The position numbers and the translations under genes are program-made. A DNA stretch of 39,778 bases from an uncultured Halieaceae bacterium (GTDB taxonomy: Bacteria > Pseudomonadota > Gammaproteobacteria > Pseudomonadales > Halieaceae): contig CAJXZI010000001.1 of NCBI GenBank assembly GCA_913063005.1, positions 1-39,778 of the forward strand. Reading direction: 5' to 3'. Positions 23,375 to 34,027 of this stretch are shown here, piece by piece. The notes below the pieces were generated by a model, which saw nothing but the letters and a program-made list of their open reading frames with translations, ran no database searches and had not been told where the DNA came from. Position 1 is the first letter of the stretch; each line of letters opens with the position of its first letter.

Positions 23375-23986
23375 ATGCATGTCAGGGAATTAGGACAGGT
23401 ACCCTACCTCACGACGATCGATGCCATGAAGGCGTTCACCAAGGCGAGAGGCGTCGATACACCTGACGAGCTTTGGGTACTCGAGCATCCACCGGTTTTT
23501 ACGCAGGGCATCGCGGGCAAATCAGAACACCTGCTCGCTCCCGGCGATATCGAGGTCATTCAAACCGATCGCGGTGGGCAAGTGACCTATCACGGCCCGG
23601 GGCAGATTGTTATCTATGTACTGTACGATATCCGCAGGGCAAAGCTGGGCGTCCGTGATCTGGTGACGGCAATCGAAACGGCGATCATTGATTATCTCGC
23701 AACGCTGAATATCGAAGCAGTGGCCGACCCCAAAGCGCCGGGTGTGTATGTGAATGGTGAAAAGGTCGCAGCGCTGGGACTTAAGATCAGTCGTGGCTGT
23801 AGTTATCATGGGCTCTCGTTGAATATAAATCCTGATTTGAGCCACTTCGGTCGAATCAACCCCTGTGGTTACGCAGGTCTTCAAGTTACCTCTTTGGCAC
23901 GCCTTCTGGGCGATAAATGCCCCGGCCAAGCTGAGGCGGCAGGCGAGTTAGTGAAGCATTTACAGTCAAAACTCCCCCTGTGCTGA
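23375..23986 (+). CDS. lipB: Lipoyl(octanoyl) transferase
   Basis: [22 protein letters not shown] and INPCG. Confidence 0.96.
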   Translation: MHVRELGQVPYLTTIDAMKAFTKARGVDTPDELWVLEHPPVFTQGIAGKSEHLLAPGDIEVIQTDRGGQVTYHGPGQIVIYVLYDIRRAKLGVRDLVTAIETAIIDYLATLNIEAVADPKAPGVYVNGEKVAALGLKISRGCSYHGLSLNINPDLSHFGRINPCGYAGLQVTSLARLLGDKCPGQAEAAGELVKHLQSKLPLC

Positions 23987-24035
23987 ACACTCACAGTCCG
24001 AAGCTGGCATAATCCGTCGCGCCATCGGAGGAGCC

Positions 24036-25613
24036 ATGTCAGATACCGCAAACGCCATTAACTCGCGTCGCACTTTTGCCATTATTTCGCACCCAGACGC
24101 GGGTAAGACCACGATTACCGAGAAGCTGTTGCTACTCGGCTCAGCCATTCAGGTTGCGGGTTCTGTGAAGGGGAAGCGCGGCCCTCACGCCACCTCTGAT
24201 TGGATGGCTATGGAGCAAGAGCGCGGTATTTCGGTCACCTCGTCGGTCATGCAGTTTCCCTATAAAGAGCGCACTGTGAATCTATTAGATACACCGGGGC
24301 ACGAGGATTTCTCAGAAGATACTTATCGCACACTGACGGCGGTCGATTCAGCGTTGATGGTCGTTGATGGCGCCAAGGGTGTGGAAGATCGAACCATTAA
24401 GCTGATGAATGTATGTCGCTTGCGAGATACACCCATCATTGGCTTTGTTAATAAATTAGACCGCGATATTCGCGACGCCATTGAGCTTTTGGATGAGATC
24501 GAGGACGTCCTAAAAATCGAGGCCGCTCCGATTAACTGGCCGATCGGGATGGGGAAGTTTTTTAAGGGTGTCTATAACCTTTACACCGACACCATTCACT
24601 GTTTTGAGCAGGGGAACGGGCAGGTGCTACCACCTGACACGCGAATAAAGGGTTTGGATTCCGATGAAGCCCGAGCGCTTCTCGATGACGAGTACGATGA
24701 CTTTTGTGATGAAATCGAACTCGTAAGGGGTGCCAGTCATGAGTTCGACAAGGAGCGCTATCTTGCCGGCCAGCAGACGCCGGTCTTCTTTGGAACTGCA
24801 CTTGGTAATTTCGGTGTTCGCGAAATGCTCGACGACTTCGTCGAATGGGCACCAAAACCACAGTATCGAACAACTCAGTCGCGCGATGTATCGCCCACGG
24901 AGGAGGTTTTTTCAGGGTTTGTCTTCAAAATCCAGGCGAATATGGATCCGAAGCACAGAGATCGCATTGCTTTTGTTCGAGTCTGCTCTGGTCGTTATGA
25001 AAAAGGTATGAAGATGCGTCACGTGCGCATCGATAAAGACATTCGTATCGCTGATGCGGTTTCGTTTAAGGCGGGCGAACGCGAGTTAGTAGAGTCTGCC
25101 GTTGCGGGCGATATCATTGGCCTCCACAATCACGGCACCATACAAATAGGCGACACATTCACCTCCGGTGAGGCACTCCAATTCACGGGTATCCCGCATT
25201 TTGCCCCTGAGCTTTTCCGCAAGATTCGACTCTCAGACCCGATGAAGATGAAGGCCTTGCAGAAAGGTTTACAGCAGTTATCGGAAGAGGGGTCGACACA
25301 GGTGTTCTCACCGCTTAACTCCACCGATTTGATTGTGGGTGCTGTTGGTCAGCTGCAGTTTGACGTTGTGGCGCATCGCTTGAAGGATGAGTACAAGGTC
25401 GACGCCATCTACGAGCCCGTTAGCATTTACACGGCTCGGTGGCTCGACGCCGACGACCCTCGCAAGTTAGAAGAGTTTCGCAAAAAAGCTGCCGATCACT
25501 TGTCAGAGGACGGCGGTGGCTATCTCACTTATTTAGCACCGACCCGTGTGAATTTGAATCTCATGCAAGAGCGATGGCCTGATATTAGTTTCAGGGAAAC
25601 GCGAGAGCATTGA
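24036..25613 (+). CDS. prfC: Peptide chain release factor 3
   Basis: [30 protein letters not shown] and [13 protein letters not shown]. Confidence 0.98.
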   Translation: MSDTANAINSRRTFAIISHPDAGKTTITEKLLLLGSAIQVAGSVKGKRGPHATSDWMAMEQERGISVTSSVMQFPYKERTVNLLDTPGHEDFSEDTYRTLTAVDSALMVVDGAKGVEDRTIKLMNVCRLRDTPIIGFVNKLDRDIRDAIELLDEIEDVLKIEAAPINWPIGMGKFFKGVYNLYTDTIHCFEQGNGQVLPPDTRIKGLDSDEARALLDDEYDDFCDEIELVRGASHEFDKERYLAGQQTPVFFGTALGNFGVREMLDDFVEWAPKPQYRTTQSRDVSPTEEVFSGFVFKIQANMDPKHRDRIAFVRVCSGRYEKGMKMRHVRIDKDIRIADAVSFKAGERELVESAVAGDIIGLHNHGTIQIGDTFTSGEALQFTGIPHFAPELFRKIRLSDPMKMKALQKGLQQLSEEGSTQVFSPLNSTDLIVGAVGQLQFDVVAHRLKDEYKVDAIYEPVSIYTARWLDADDPRKLEEFRKKAADHLSEDGGGYLTYLAPTRVNLNLMQERWPDISFRETREH

Positions 25614-25745
25614 TGGCAAAAAGCAGTACCGCCCGCCCAATCGAGAAGTCGCGCAGGCGAGAGGCCCCCTAGCTTCGCAAGCCTACTTTTTGTAACAACG
25701 TCCATATCGACTGAGTCTGAAGCGGCGCGTATGGTTTATGCGGGC

Positions 25746-26225
25746 TTAGAGTAAGGCCTTTATTTCTTTCTCGATATCGGCGGGCTTTTTCTGCGAACCA
25801 AACCTTGCAACCACCTCACCCTCACGGTTGATCAAAAACTTAGTGAAGTTCCACTTGATGCGCTCAGTGCCCATGATGCCCTTAATCTCTGACTTCAGGT
25901 GTTTATAGAGTGGGTGGGCGCCGTCGCCATTAACTTCAATTTTTTCAAACAGAGGAAAGCTGGTGCTGAAACGGGTTTCACAAAACTCGACGATTTCCTC
26001 CGTGCTGCCGGGCTCTTGTGAGCCGAACTGATTGCAAGGGAAGGCAAGGACTGAAAAGCCTGCATCCTTGTGCTCGGAATAGAGCTTCTCAAGCCCTTCA
26101 TACTGAGGAGTGAACCCGCACTTGGAAGCGGTGTTTACGACCAAGAGTACTTGGCCTTTGAAGTCGGCTAATGATGTTTCATCGCCGTTGGCTAGTGTGG
26201 CTGAGTAGTCATATACGCTTGGCAT
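25746..26225 (-). CDS. Glutathione peroxidase family protein (Cys-type)
   Basis: VNTASKCGFTPQY, FPCNQFG.QEPG and IKWNFTKFL; start placed at ATG 26225 after TAAGGA. Confidence 0.93.
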   Translation of the reverse strand: MPSVYDYSATLANGDETSLADFKGQVLLVVNTASKCGFTPQYEGLEKLYSEHKDAGFSVLAFPCNQFGSQEPGSTEEIVEFCETRFSTSFPLFEKIEVNGDGAHPLYKHLKSEIKGIMGTERIKWNFTKFLINREGEVVARFGSQKKPADIEKEIKALL

Positions 26226-26260
26226 AACGATGTCCTTACACTTAGAAGGCGCCAAGCAAA

Positions 26261-27601
26261 CTACATTCGTAAATAAGTTTCCAGTTCAAATTCGGTGACG
26301 CGTTTTGAAAACTCATCCCATTCTTGTTGCTTGGTAGCCAAAAATAGCGTCTTAAACTCGGCGCTCAGATAGTCAGCCAGTTGGTTTTCGTTCCGGAAAA
26401 CCGTGATCGCCTGATCCATGGTGGTGGCGAGTTTGGGTGCTTCGATGTCCTGATCCCACGCATTGCCCTCAATGGCCGACGGTGGGGTAAGTTTGTTTTC
26501 AATGCCATGCCAAATGCCCGCGAGCACCGCGGCAAGAACGAGGTAGGGGTTGGCATCCGCACCCGCTACGCGATGCTCGATCCGCCGTGCGGCTGGCGGG
26601 CTTTCTGGGATTCTGAGCGCAGTAGTCCGGTTGTCATAGCCCCAGGTTGCCTCGGTAGGCGCGTGATTGCCCGGCTGAAAGCGGCGGTAGGCGTTGAAAC
26701 TCGGCGCGAACAACAACATTGATGCGGGGAGTAATTCCAAGCAGCCGGCGACCGCATATCTTAGCAGCTCAGACCCGCTTTCCTCGCCATTATCAAACAC
26801 GTTGACGCCGTTCTCTTCTAGCAGACTGCAATGGACATGAAGCCCGTTACCCGCTTCATCGTCTATGGGCTTTGGCATAAAGCTGGCGATGAAGCCGTGT
26901 CGTGCGGCTACTGCGCGAATTGTACGTTGCATGCGAACCACTTGATCCGCGAGGAGCATCACGTCATCGCTGTGGGCAACGTTAATCTCGAACTGGCTGG
27001 GCGCAGATTCTTTGATAATGCCCTCATAGGGTAGATCTTGCGTTTCAAATGCCTGTCGAAGTGCTTCTAGTAGAGGTCCGTGATAATCAAGTTCGCTGAG
27101 CGCATAGAGATTTCCCCCTAGGCTGTTTTGGTCGCGCAGCGCGCTACCCAATGAGTCATTTGTCTCGGGACGCGGTAGTAGACTGAATTCCAGCTCAACC
27201 GCCATGCAGGGCTTGAGCGATTTCTCGGTAAATCTGTCAACCAATCTTTTTAGAACTTGCCTCGGATCGCCCATGAACGCCGATCCGTCTTTATCTGACA
27301 TGGTTAATATCACTTGTGCCTGATCAACACCACGCTCGGTGAGCAGCGGTCTTAACGACCCTTCAACTAAGTGGCAGTAGCCGTCAATGTCACCGTTCGC
27401 GTGTGCAAGTTCCGGGATATCGCGTCCCCAAACATCTAGCCCGAGTGCCGATTTGGGAAGCTTTAATCCTTGGTCTTCGATGGTCGCCAGTTTTTGAACA
27501 GGTAGCCACTTTCCGCGGGCGATTCCGTTGCAGTCTGTTATAAGCGCCTCAACCATCGTGATGTTGGGGTAGGCTTTTAGGAATTGTCGCGTTGTGTACA
27601 C
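26261..27601 (-). CDS. Glutamine synthetase-like gamma-glutamylating enzyme (PuuA/PauA-like)
   Basis: D.NGIARGK, ELEF, E.APSQFE, FMPKP..GNGLHVH, WGYDNRT.A.RIP and RIEHRVAGADANPY; no GlnA NLY adenylylation motif. Confidence 0.85.
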   Translation of the reverse strand: MYTTRQFLKAYPNITMVEALITDCNGIARGKWLPVQKLATIEDQGLKLPKSALGLDVWGRDIPELAHANGDIDGYCHLVEGSLRPLLTERGVDQAQVILTMSDKDGSAFMGDPRQVLKRLVDRFTEKSLKPCMAVELEFSLLPRPETNDSLGSALRDQNSLGGNLYALSELDYHGPLLEALRQAFETQDLPYEGIIKESAPSQFEINVAHSDDVMLLADQVVRMQRTIRAVAARHGFIASFMPKPIDDEAGNGLHVHCSLLEENGVNVFDNGEESGSELLRYAVAGCLELLPASMLLFAPSFNAYRRFQPGNHAPTEATWGYDNRTTALRIPESPPAARRIEHRVAGADANPYLVLAAVLAGIWHGIENKLTPPSAIEGNAWDQDIEAPKLATTMDQAITVFRNENQLADYLSAEFKTLFLATKQQEWDEFSKRVTEFELETYLRM

Positions 27602-27658
27602 GTGTCGCGCTCGTTTTTGATTAGGGCGAAGGGTGAGGGGTGGACGCTTTCACGACAA

Positions 27659-27674
27659 TGCCCAAGGTGGGGCA
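27659..27674. promoter_or_regulatory. Palindrome TGCCC-N6-GGGCA, candidate operator for the adjacent LuxR-type regulator
   Basis: Inverted repeat about 57 bp upstream of the GS-like start, directly followed by TTGTCG (-35-like) on the minus strand. Confidence 0.4.
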
Positions 27675-27682
27675 GGGCCTGT

Positions 27683-27730
27683 CTTAGCTGGGTACTTACT
27701 TGGGTACTTGCTTGAATGCTTGCCTGGGTA
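27683..27730. repeat. Four degenerate 12-bp tandem repeats
   Basis: CTTAGCTGGGTA / CTTACTTGGGTA / CTTGCTTGAATG / CTTGCCTGGGTA. Confidence 0.8.
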
Positions 27731-27733
27731 ATG

Positions 27734-28570
27734 TCAGCCCATGTATGCCTTGAGTGGATCATCTCCTTTTGATTGGGCAACATAAGGGATGACATTGATG
27801 AACAGCGCGAATAAATCCGCCTGGCTGTTTACATCGAGTTTCTTGTAGATGGATTTGCGATGGCGTCGCACGGTCTCAAGTGAAATGTCGAGTTTTTCAG
27901 CGCTCGTGTCTGCTCCGTAGCCGCGCAGAAGAAGCTCCAGCACCTCTTGCTCTCGTTCACTGACATAGCTGGAGCCAAAGCTTTCATAGCCCTGCTGGAT
28001 GTGGTGATCAACACCGGGTTGCAACAGGTTGCTCTCAACGAACTCTTCTCGTCGGGTGTGCAGGTCAATCAGCTCGGCCAGACATTGGCTCACGCTGTAA
28101 AGCCAGTTGTATTCCTCTTCACTGAACTCGCCCTGACTTGCGAGGCGCATCAAGCTGATATTGATGACGCTACCATCGGTAAGACGTGTGACGATAATCG
28201 CTTCGTCAACAGTGCCCGTGCTGGCGTAATAATCTCGGTGATAGCTGCTTTGCTCGAAGTCGCCGGTGACCAGCCGTGAGAGGCGGTAACAATTATTGCG
28301 TGGCGCACTGAGCGATATTTTGAAGAACGGATCCTCGCGATAGGGGCCCTCCAAGTATTCATCGACCTGCGAGGGGTAGGCCTGCTTGGGGATTTTGTGA
28401 TCGAGTAGCTGCGGTGGAAGATCCTTGTGGTACAGCCATACTTGCGGGTATGCCACGGGCACTTGCGCCTCAATAGCGGCAAACACCTGCTGGAAGAATA
28501 TCGCGTCGCCGACGTGTGCAATGACGTTTGCCAGATCGCTATTCCAGCGCTGAAAAGCATTACTATTCAC
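27734..28570 (-). CDS. LuxR-family HTH transcriptional regulator with N-terminal sensory domain
   Basis: C-terminal SERE.EVL.LLLRG..A.KLDIS.ETVRRHRKSIYKKLDV.SQADLF; N-terminal Y..GPY..DPF; AGGAGG Shine-Dalgarno before a GTG start. Confidence 0.9.
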   Translation of the reverse strand: MNSNAFQRWNSDLANVIAHVGDAIFFQQVFAAIEAQVPVAYPQVWLYHKDLPPQLLDHKIPKQAYPSQVDEYLEGPYREDPFFKISLSAPRNNCYRLSRLVTGDFEQSSYHRDYYASTGTVDEAIIVTRLTDGSVINISLMRLASQGEFSEEEYNWLYSVSQCLAELIDLHTRREEFVESNLLQPGVDHHIQQGYESFGSSYVSEREQEVLELLLRGYGADTSAEKLDISLETVRRHRKSIYKKLDVNSQADLFALFINVIPYVAQSKGDDPLKAYMG

Positions 28571-28686
28571 GAGCGTCCTCCTATTGCCACCATTTCACAC
28601 TGAGAGCTTTATCGCGTCGGGTCAACCGACGTCCCTGTGATTGCGAACTCCGTCACAGCTGTATTCTCTTGGGCTGGTGTCGGTCG

Positions 28687-30396
28687 TTAGTGCTTTTTCA
28701 ATGAATCGGCGACAAAAGCGACAGCAGATTCCAGAGCAACATTGGTAGCCTCGCTATCGCGACGGCCCTGAACCTCCACGACCCCCTCATTGAGTGATCG
28801 CTCGCCAATAGTCACGCGAAGCGGAATACCCATCAGCTCGCAGTCGGCGAACTTAACGCCGGGGCGCTCTTTTCGATCGTCCATAGCGACGTTTACACCG
28901 GCAGTCTTCAGGTCGGCATACATCGTCTCCGCCGCAGTTGCTACCGCCTCTGATTTATCCATACCTAGTGGAATAAGTACGACCCAGAAGGGCGCCATAG
29001 CGCCCGGCCAAATAATGCCATTTTCATCGTGATTCTGCTCGATGGCCGCGGCGACGATGCGCGTGATACCGATACCGTAGCAGCCCATGGTCATGGGTAC
29101 CGACTTTCCATTCTGATCGAGCACCGTGGCATTCATTGCTTCGGAGTACTTGGTCCCGAGTTGGAAAATATGCCCCACCTCGATGCCGCGTTTAATTTCC
29201 AGAACACCCTTACCACAGGGGCTTGGATCGCCAGCCACGACTGTGCGTAGATCAGCAACTTCAAAGTTTTTGACATCCCGGCCCCAGTTTGCATTTCTAA
29301 AGTGCTTGTCATCCTCGTTAGCACCACAAACGAAATTGACGAGCACCGACGCCGCGCGATCTACAACAACTCGCGTGTCTAAGCCGACGGGGCCAAGCGA
29401 CCCAAAAGAGGCTCCTGTCGCATTTTTCACCGCTGTTTCCTGCGCCATGCGCAGCGGCTGGCTTATGCCTTCAATCTTTTCAGCTTTTATCTCGTTGAGT
29501 TGATGGTCACCTCGCAAGACCAGTGCGACGAGTTCACCTTTCGCATCCTCGACAAACAAGGTCTTGATAGAGCTCGCTGCGGGAACGTCGTAGTGTTTCG
29601 CGAGCGCATCGATCGTTTTGGCGTTTGGCGTATCAAATACTTCAAGAGCTGCAGCCTCTTGCTCAACTGCAACAGGCATCAAGCCCTCTGCGAGCTCGAC
29701 ATTCGCTGCGAAATCACTCTCGGTTGAGAAGGCAATATCGTCCTCGCCCGATTCTGCCAGCATGTGAAACTCGTGGGAGTGGCTTCCACCAATGGACCCT
29801 GTGTCGGCTTCCACGGGACGGTAGTCGAGGCCGAGTCGATCAAAGATAGTGGAGTAGGCCTCGTGCATTCGCCAGTAGGTTTCTTCGAGGGACGCTTGGT
29901 CTTCGTGGAACGAATAAGCGTCCTTCATGACAAACTCGCGTGAACGCATCACACCGAACCGAGGTCTGATTTCGTCCCGGAATTTGGTTTGTATTTGAAA
30001 GAAGTTTACTGGGAGCCGCTTGTAGCTTCTGATCTCAGTCTTGGCAAGGTCGGTGATCACTTCCTCGTGCGTGGGACCCAGGCAGAAGTCGCGGTCATGT
30101 CGGTCTTTCAGGCGACAGAGCTCGGGCCCGTATTGCTCCCAACGTCCGGACTCCTCCCACAGTTCGGCAGGTTGGACAACGGGCATCGAGAGCTCAACGG
30201 CGCCTGCGTTTTCCATTTCCTCGCGAACAACCCGCTCTACGTTACGGACGACTTTCAGACCCAACGGCATCCAGGTGTAAATCCCCGCTGCGATGCGCTT
30301 TATAAGCCCGGCGCGAAGCATTAGTTGATGGCTAATCACCTCCGCGTCGGCGGGTGTTTCTTTCGTGGTTGAAATCGGAAATCTTGAAAATCGCAT
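28687..30396 (-). CDS. proS: Proline--tRNA ligase with editing domain
   Basis: [34 protein letters not shown] and MGCYGIG. Confidence 0.98.
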   Translation of the reverse strand: MRFSRFPISTTKETPADAEVISHQLMLRAGLIKRIAAGIYTWMPLGLKVVRNVERVVREEMENAGAVELSMPVVQPAELWEESGRWEQYGPELCRLKDRHDRDFCLGPTHEEVITDLAKTEIRSYKRLPVNFFQIQTKFRDEIRPRFGVMRSREFVMKDAYSFHEDQASLEETYWRMHEAYSTIFDRLGLDYRPVEADTGSIGGSHSHEFHMLAESGEDDIAFSTESDFAANVELAEGLMPVAVEQEAAALEVFDTPNAKTIDALAKHYDVPAASSIKTLFVEDAKGELVALVLRGDHQLNEIKAEKIEGISQPLRMAQETAVKNATGASFGSLGPVGLDTRVVVDRAASVLVNFVCGANEDDKHFRNANWGRDVKNFEVADLRTVVAGDPSPCGKGVLEIKRGIEVGHIFQLGTKYSEAMNATVLDQNGKSVPMTMGCYGIGITRIVAAAIEQNHDENGIIWPGAMAPFWVVLIPLGMDKSEAVATAAETMYADLKTAGVNVAMDDRKERPGVKFADCELMGIPLRVTIGERSLNEGVVEVQGRRDSEATNVALESAVAFVADSLKKH

Positions 30397-30680
30397 CGCG
30401 TGAACCTTGTTAATAGCGTAGTCGAAGCCGTAGAGGCTCGGGCGGTGCAGAGTGTATCAAACATGCTCCGTTTATAGTTCTCTATAACAATGATCTGCTG
30501 GTGAGTAACAAGTCGAGTTTAAGCGCAGCGAATGTCTCTACGCGGCCCAAATCCCCCTGTGAATTTTCGGGTTGAAACGCGTCAGCCCCAGTATTGCCAT
30601 TAACCTGAGGCGCCGATTAGTGTAGGCTTGCGCGCGCTGTAAAGAACACAGCAGATTCTTTCGTTTTTAGAGACTTTCGC

Positions 30681-30989
30681 ATGCCAATTTACGAGTACGT
30701 ATGTGGTGCCTGCGGTAACGCGCATGAGGCACTGCAGAAAATATCAGATGCCCCATTGACTGATTGTCCGGGGTGTGGAGCCACGTCTTTGAAGAAAAAG
30801 GTTTCAGCGCCTGCGTTTAGGCTTGCGGGCTCGGGCTGGTACGAGACCGATTTTAAAACCGGCGCTAAAAAGAATCTTGCCAATGACTCGGGAAGCGGAT
30901 CCGATTCGGGCGGCACGAGCACGCCATCAAGCTCGGCTAGCAACACAAGCAGCACAACAGCCAGTACGAAAAACAGCTCGGCAGACTAG
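30681..30989 (+). CDS. FmdB-family zinc-ribbon protein
   Basis: [12 protein letters not shown]...CPGCG...[13 protein letters not shown] plus a Ser/Thr-rich tail; usual position upstream of aspS. Confidence 0.9.
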   Translation: MPIYEYVCGACGNAHEALQKISDAPLTDCPGCGATSLKKKVSAPAFRLAGSGWYETDFKTGAKKNLANDSGSGSDSGGTSTPSSSASNTSSTTASTKNSSAD

Positions 30990-31012
30990 AGCGTCAGGAA
31001 GTAGATCAGAGA

Positions 31013-32785
31013 ATGAGCATGCGAACACATTACTGCGGTGCAACTAAAGACGTTTCTGTTGGGGAGACGGTTACCATTTGTGGTTGGGTAGACCGACGTC
31101 GAGATCACGGTGGCGTTATCTTCCTCGACATGCGTGATCGAGATGGCATTGTACAAGTGGTTTTCGACCCGGACACCCAGGAATACTTTGATCTCGCAGA
31201 TAAAGTTCGCAGCGAGTACGTTTTGCAGATAACAGGACGCATTCGCGATCGTTCCCCGGAGACGATTAATCCGGCGATGGCGACGGGACATATTGAGATA
31301 TTGGGTAAAGAGCTTGTTATTCTCAACGAAGCCTCACCGCCACCGTTTCCGCTCGATGCACACCAGACAGTGGGTGAGGACGTTCGCCTGCGATACCGTT
31401 TTATGGACCTACGACGAGAGTCAATGCAGCGCAATTTGATAAGTCGCTCGCAGATTACGTCCACTATCAGAACCTACCTAGAGTCTGCTGGTTTTCTTGA
31501 TATCGAGACACCCGTACTGACACGTGCGACACCCGAGGGCGCGCGCGACTATTTGGTGCCCAGTCGCACCAACGCATCGAAATTCTTTGCGCTGCCACAG
31601 TCGCCACAGCTTTTTAAGCAGCTTTTGATGGTGTCTGGCTTCGATCGTTATTACCAAATAGCGCGATGTTTCCGTGATGAGGACTTGCGTGCTGATCGTC
31701 AACCGGAGTTCACGCAGATCGACTTGGAACTGTCCTTTACGGACGAGACCGAGGTGATGAAACTCACAGAGGGCATGGTGCAAACGCTGTTCAAGCAGCA
31801 CCTGGACGTTGAGCTCGGTGAGTTTCCTCAGATGACGTGGCACGAAGCCATGGAGCGATTTGGATCTGATAAACCTGACCTTCGGATAGACCTCGAGCTT
31901 GTCTCCATTGATGACTTGATGAAAGACGTCGAGTTTAAGGTTTTCTCCGGTCCTGCAAACGACGAAAAAGGTCGTGTCGCGGCGCTTCGTGTGCCAGGCG
32001 GTGCGAAGATCAGTCGAAAGGAAATTGACGATTTCACCAAGTATGTCGGTAACTACGGGGCACGTGGATTGGCGTGGATCAAAGTGAACGACAAAGCGGC
32101 GGGTGTCGAAGGCCTGCAGTCGCCGATTCTCAAGTTTATGCCTGAGGCGACGGTCGGACAGCTAGTCGAACGTCTTGGGCTAGAGGACGGTGATATTGTC
32201 TTCTTCGGTGCTGATAAGCGCCAAGTGGTTAACGATGCCTTGGGGGCGCTTCGACTTAAAGTAGCCGAAATGCTGGGCTTGATCGGCGAAGGTTGGGCGC
32301 CGCTTTGGGTTGTTGATTTCCCGATGTTCGAGGAGACGGGCGACGGTGGCCTCACTGCAATCCACCACCCCTTCACAGCGCCGTCATGTGATGTCGAAGC
32401 GCTTGCTGCTGAGCCTGAAAAAGCGCTCTCACGAGCCTACGATATGGTGCTCAATGGCAGCGAGATTGGTGGTGGTTCGATTCGTATACACCGCCAAGAC
32501 ATGCAAAAAGCTGTCTTTGACGTGTTGGGTATCTCTGCCGAGGAGGCTGATGCTAAGTTCGGTTTCTTGCTAGCAGCACTCAAGCACGGTGCACCGCCTC
32601 ACGGTGGGCTGGCGTTTGGCCTTGATCGCCTCGTGATGCTCATGGTTGACGGTCAATCCATCCGCGATGTCATTGCTTTCCCCAAGACGCAGTCAGCGCA
32701 GTGTGTGATGACCGATGCGCCAGGAGAGGTCTCAGAGCAGCAGCTTCGCGAGCTCAGCATACGGTTGCGTACCCCCGAAAAGTAA
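31013..32785 (+). CDS. aspS: Aspartate--tRNA ligase
   Basis: [49 protein letters not shown] domain and [12 protein letters not shown]. Confidence 0.98.
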   Translation: MSMRTHYCGATKDVSVGETVTICGWVDRRRDHGGVIFLDMRDRDGIVQVVFDPDTQEYFDLADKVRSEYVLQITGRIRDRSPETINPAMATGHIEILGKELVILNEASPPPFPLDAHQTVGEDVRLRYRFMDLRRESMQRNLISRSQITSTIRTYLESAGFLDIETPVLTRATPEGARDYLVPSRTNASKFFALPQSPQLFKQLLMVSGFDRYYQIARCFRDEDLRADRQPEFTQIDLELSFTDETEVMKLTEGMVQTLFKQHLDVELGEFPQMTWHEAMERFGSDKPDLRIDLELVSIDDLMKDVEFKVFSGPANDEKGRVAALRVPGGAKISRKEIDDFTKYVGNYGARGLAWIKVNDKAAGVEGLQSPILKFMPEATVGQLVERLGLEDGDIVFFGADKRQVVNDALGALRLKVAEMLGLIGEGWAPLWVVDFPMFEETGDGGLTAIHHPFTAPSCDVEALAAEPEKALSRAYDMVLNGSEIGGGSIRIHRQDMQKAVFDVLGISAEEADAKFGFLLAALKHGAPPHGGLAFGLDRLVMLMVDGQSIRDVIAFPKTQSAQCVMTDAPGEVSEQQLRELSIRLRTPEK

Positions 32786-32850
32786 TTGTCGCCACGACAT
32801 GACTCCAATGCTCGTTTGCCGCACAATCGGGTGATGAGCGGAGGTCATAG

Positions 32851-33369
32851 GTGACAGTCATTCTTGGTGTTGATCCCGGATCACGAAAAACGGGATTTGG
32901 TCTTGTTGAAACGACAGAAGCAGGGAATCGTTACGTCAGTAGTGGCGTTATAAAGCTGCCTGTCGACGAGCCGCTCGCCATTCGTTTAAAGGTGCTGGCG
33001 GAATCACTCAACGAGATCATTGACGAATTTTCCCCGACGCTAGCCGCGATCGAAGAAGTCTTTATGAACAAAAGCGCCGGGTCCGCTTTGAAGCTTGGGC
33101 AGGCTAGAGGTGCCGCTATGGTGATCTGCGCAACCCGCGATCTTGAGGTGCATGAATACGCGACGCGGCAAATTAAGCAGGCGGTTGTAGGCACAGGGGG
33201 GGCGACCAAGGAGCAGGTACAGCATATGGTAACGCGCTTATTGCGACTACCGGCAACACCCAGTGAGGATGCGAGCGATGCGCTTGCGGCGGCACTTTGC
33301 CATATTAGTGGTGACGCGGTGCGGCGAGCCACAGGCGCTCAAGCCTTTGCAATGCGAAGGCTAAAGTAG
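32851..33369 (+). CDS. ruvC: Holliday junction resolvase RuvC
   Basis: ILGVDPGSRKTGFG, IEEVF, SALKLGQARG and DASDALA. Confidence 0.97.
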   Translation: MTVILGVDPGSRKTGFGLVETTEAGNRYVSSGVIKLPVDEPLAIRLKVLAESLNEIIDEFSPTLAAIEEVFMNKSAGSALKLGQARGAAMVICATRDLEVHEYATRQIKQAVVGTGGATKEQVQHMVTRLLRLPATPSEDASDALAAALCHISGDAVRRATGAQAFAMRRLK

Positions 33370-33391
33370 TTTTACAAGGGTTTTAAAGCAT

Positions 33392-34000
33392 ATGATCGAA
33401 CGATTACGCGGCACGATTATCGCCAAACAAGCACCTGAAGTAATCATCGATGTTGGTGGTGTGGGTTATGAGGTTAGGGTCCCCATGACCACGATTTACC
33501 AACTACCGGGTGTCGGTGAAGAATCCATTTTATTGACGCACTTCGTGGTCAGGGAAGATGCCCAGCAACTCTATGGTTTTGTCCGAGAGATCGATCGCCG
33601 ACTTTTTAGAGACCTGATAAAAGTCAATGGTGTGGGCCCGAAGTTGGCGCTCGCTATACTCTCGGGAATGGACACTGAACAGTTTGCCGATTGCCTCAAC
33701 CGGAACGACGTAAACGCCTTAGTAGCGCTCCCCGGTGTGGGCAAAAAGACAGGCGAGCGTTTACTCGTCGAGATGCGTGATAAAGCGGGGCAATGGCTGT
33801 CTGATGTTTTGCCAGAACAAAGCACGGGTTCTTCAGCGTCTTTGGCAACCTCTGACATCCGCGGTGAAGCAGAGCAGGCACTGGTGGCACTCGGCTACAA
33901 GCCGACAGAGGCCTCTCGGCTTATCTCCGCTGTCGAGTCCGACGAGATCGCATCTAGCGAGGGATTAATTCGTGCTGCCCTTCAGTCAGCGATGCGATAA
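33392..34000 (+). CDS. ruvA: Holliday junction branch migration protein RuvA
   Basis: GVGYEV, VRED...LYGF, V.GVGPKLAL and PGVGKKT HhH motifs. Confidence 0.97.
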   Translation: MIERLRGTIIAKQAPEVIIDVGGVGYEVRVPMTTIYQLPGVGEESILLTHFVVREDAQQLYGFVREIDRRLFRDLIKVNGVGPKLALAILSGMDTEQFADCLNRNDVNALVALPGVGKKTGERLLVEMRDKAGQWLSDVLPEQSTGSSASLATSDIRGEAEQALVALGYKPTEASRLISAVESDEIASSEGLIRAALQSAMR

Positions 34001-34027
34001 AAAGACGGTATTGGTGAGGAAGTTACA

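Noticed and set aside
25613-25672. 19-codon ORF coupled to the prfC stop (TGATG)
   Set aside because: It is too short, has no recognisable motif, and is expected by chance.
26110-26125. Selenocysteine in the glutathione peroxidase
   Set aside because: The active-site codon is TGC (Cys), not TGA.
27577-27795. 72-aa ORF with TQAS-like repeats
   Set aside because: It is a by-product of the 12-bp DNA repeats and overlaps both flanking genes.
28635-28658. TGTGA...TCACA as a CRP site upstream of the LuxR gene
   Set aside because: The spacer is 12 bp rather than 6; more likely an RNA stem after proS.
30637-30651. CTGT-N7-ACAG as a LexA box for the aspS-ruv region
   Set aside because: The gammaproteobacterial SOS box needs CTGT-N8-ACAG; this is one base short. 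I saw no canonical box directly upstream of dinG or ruvA either.
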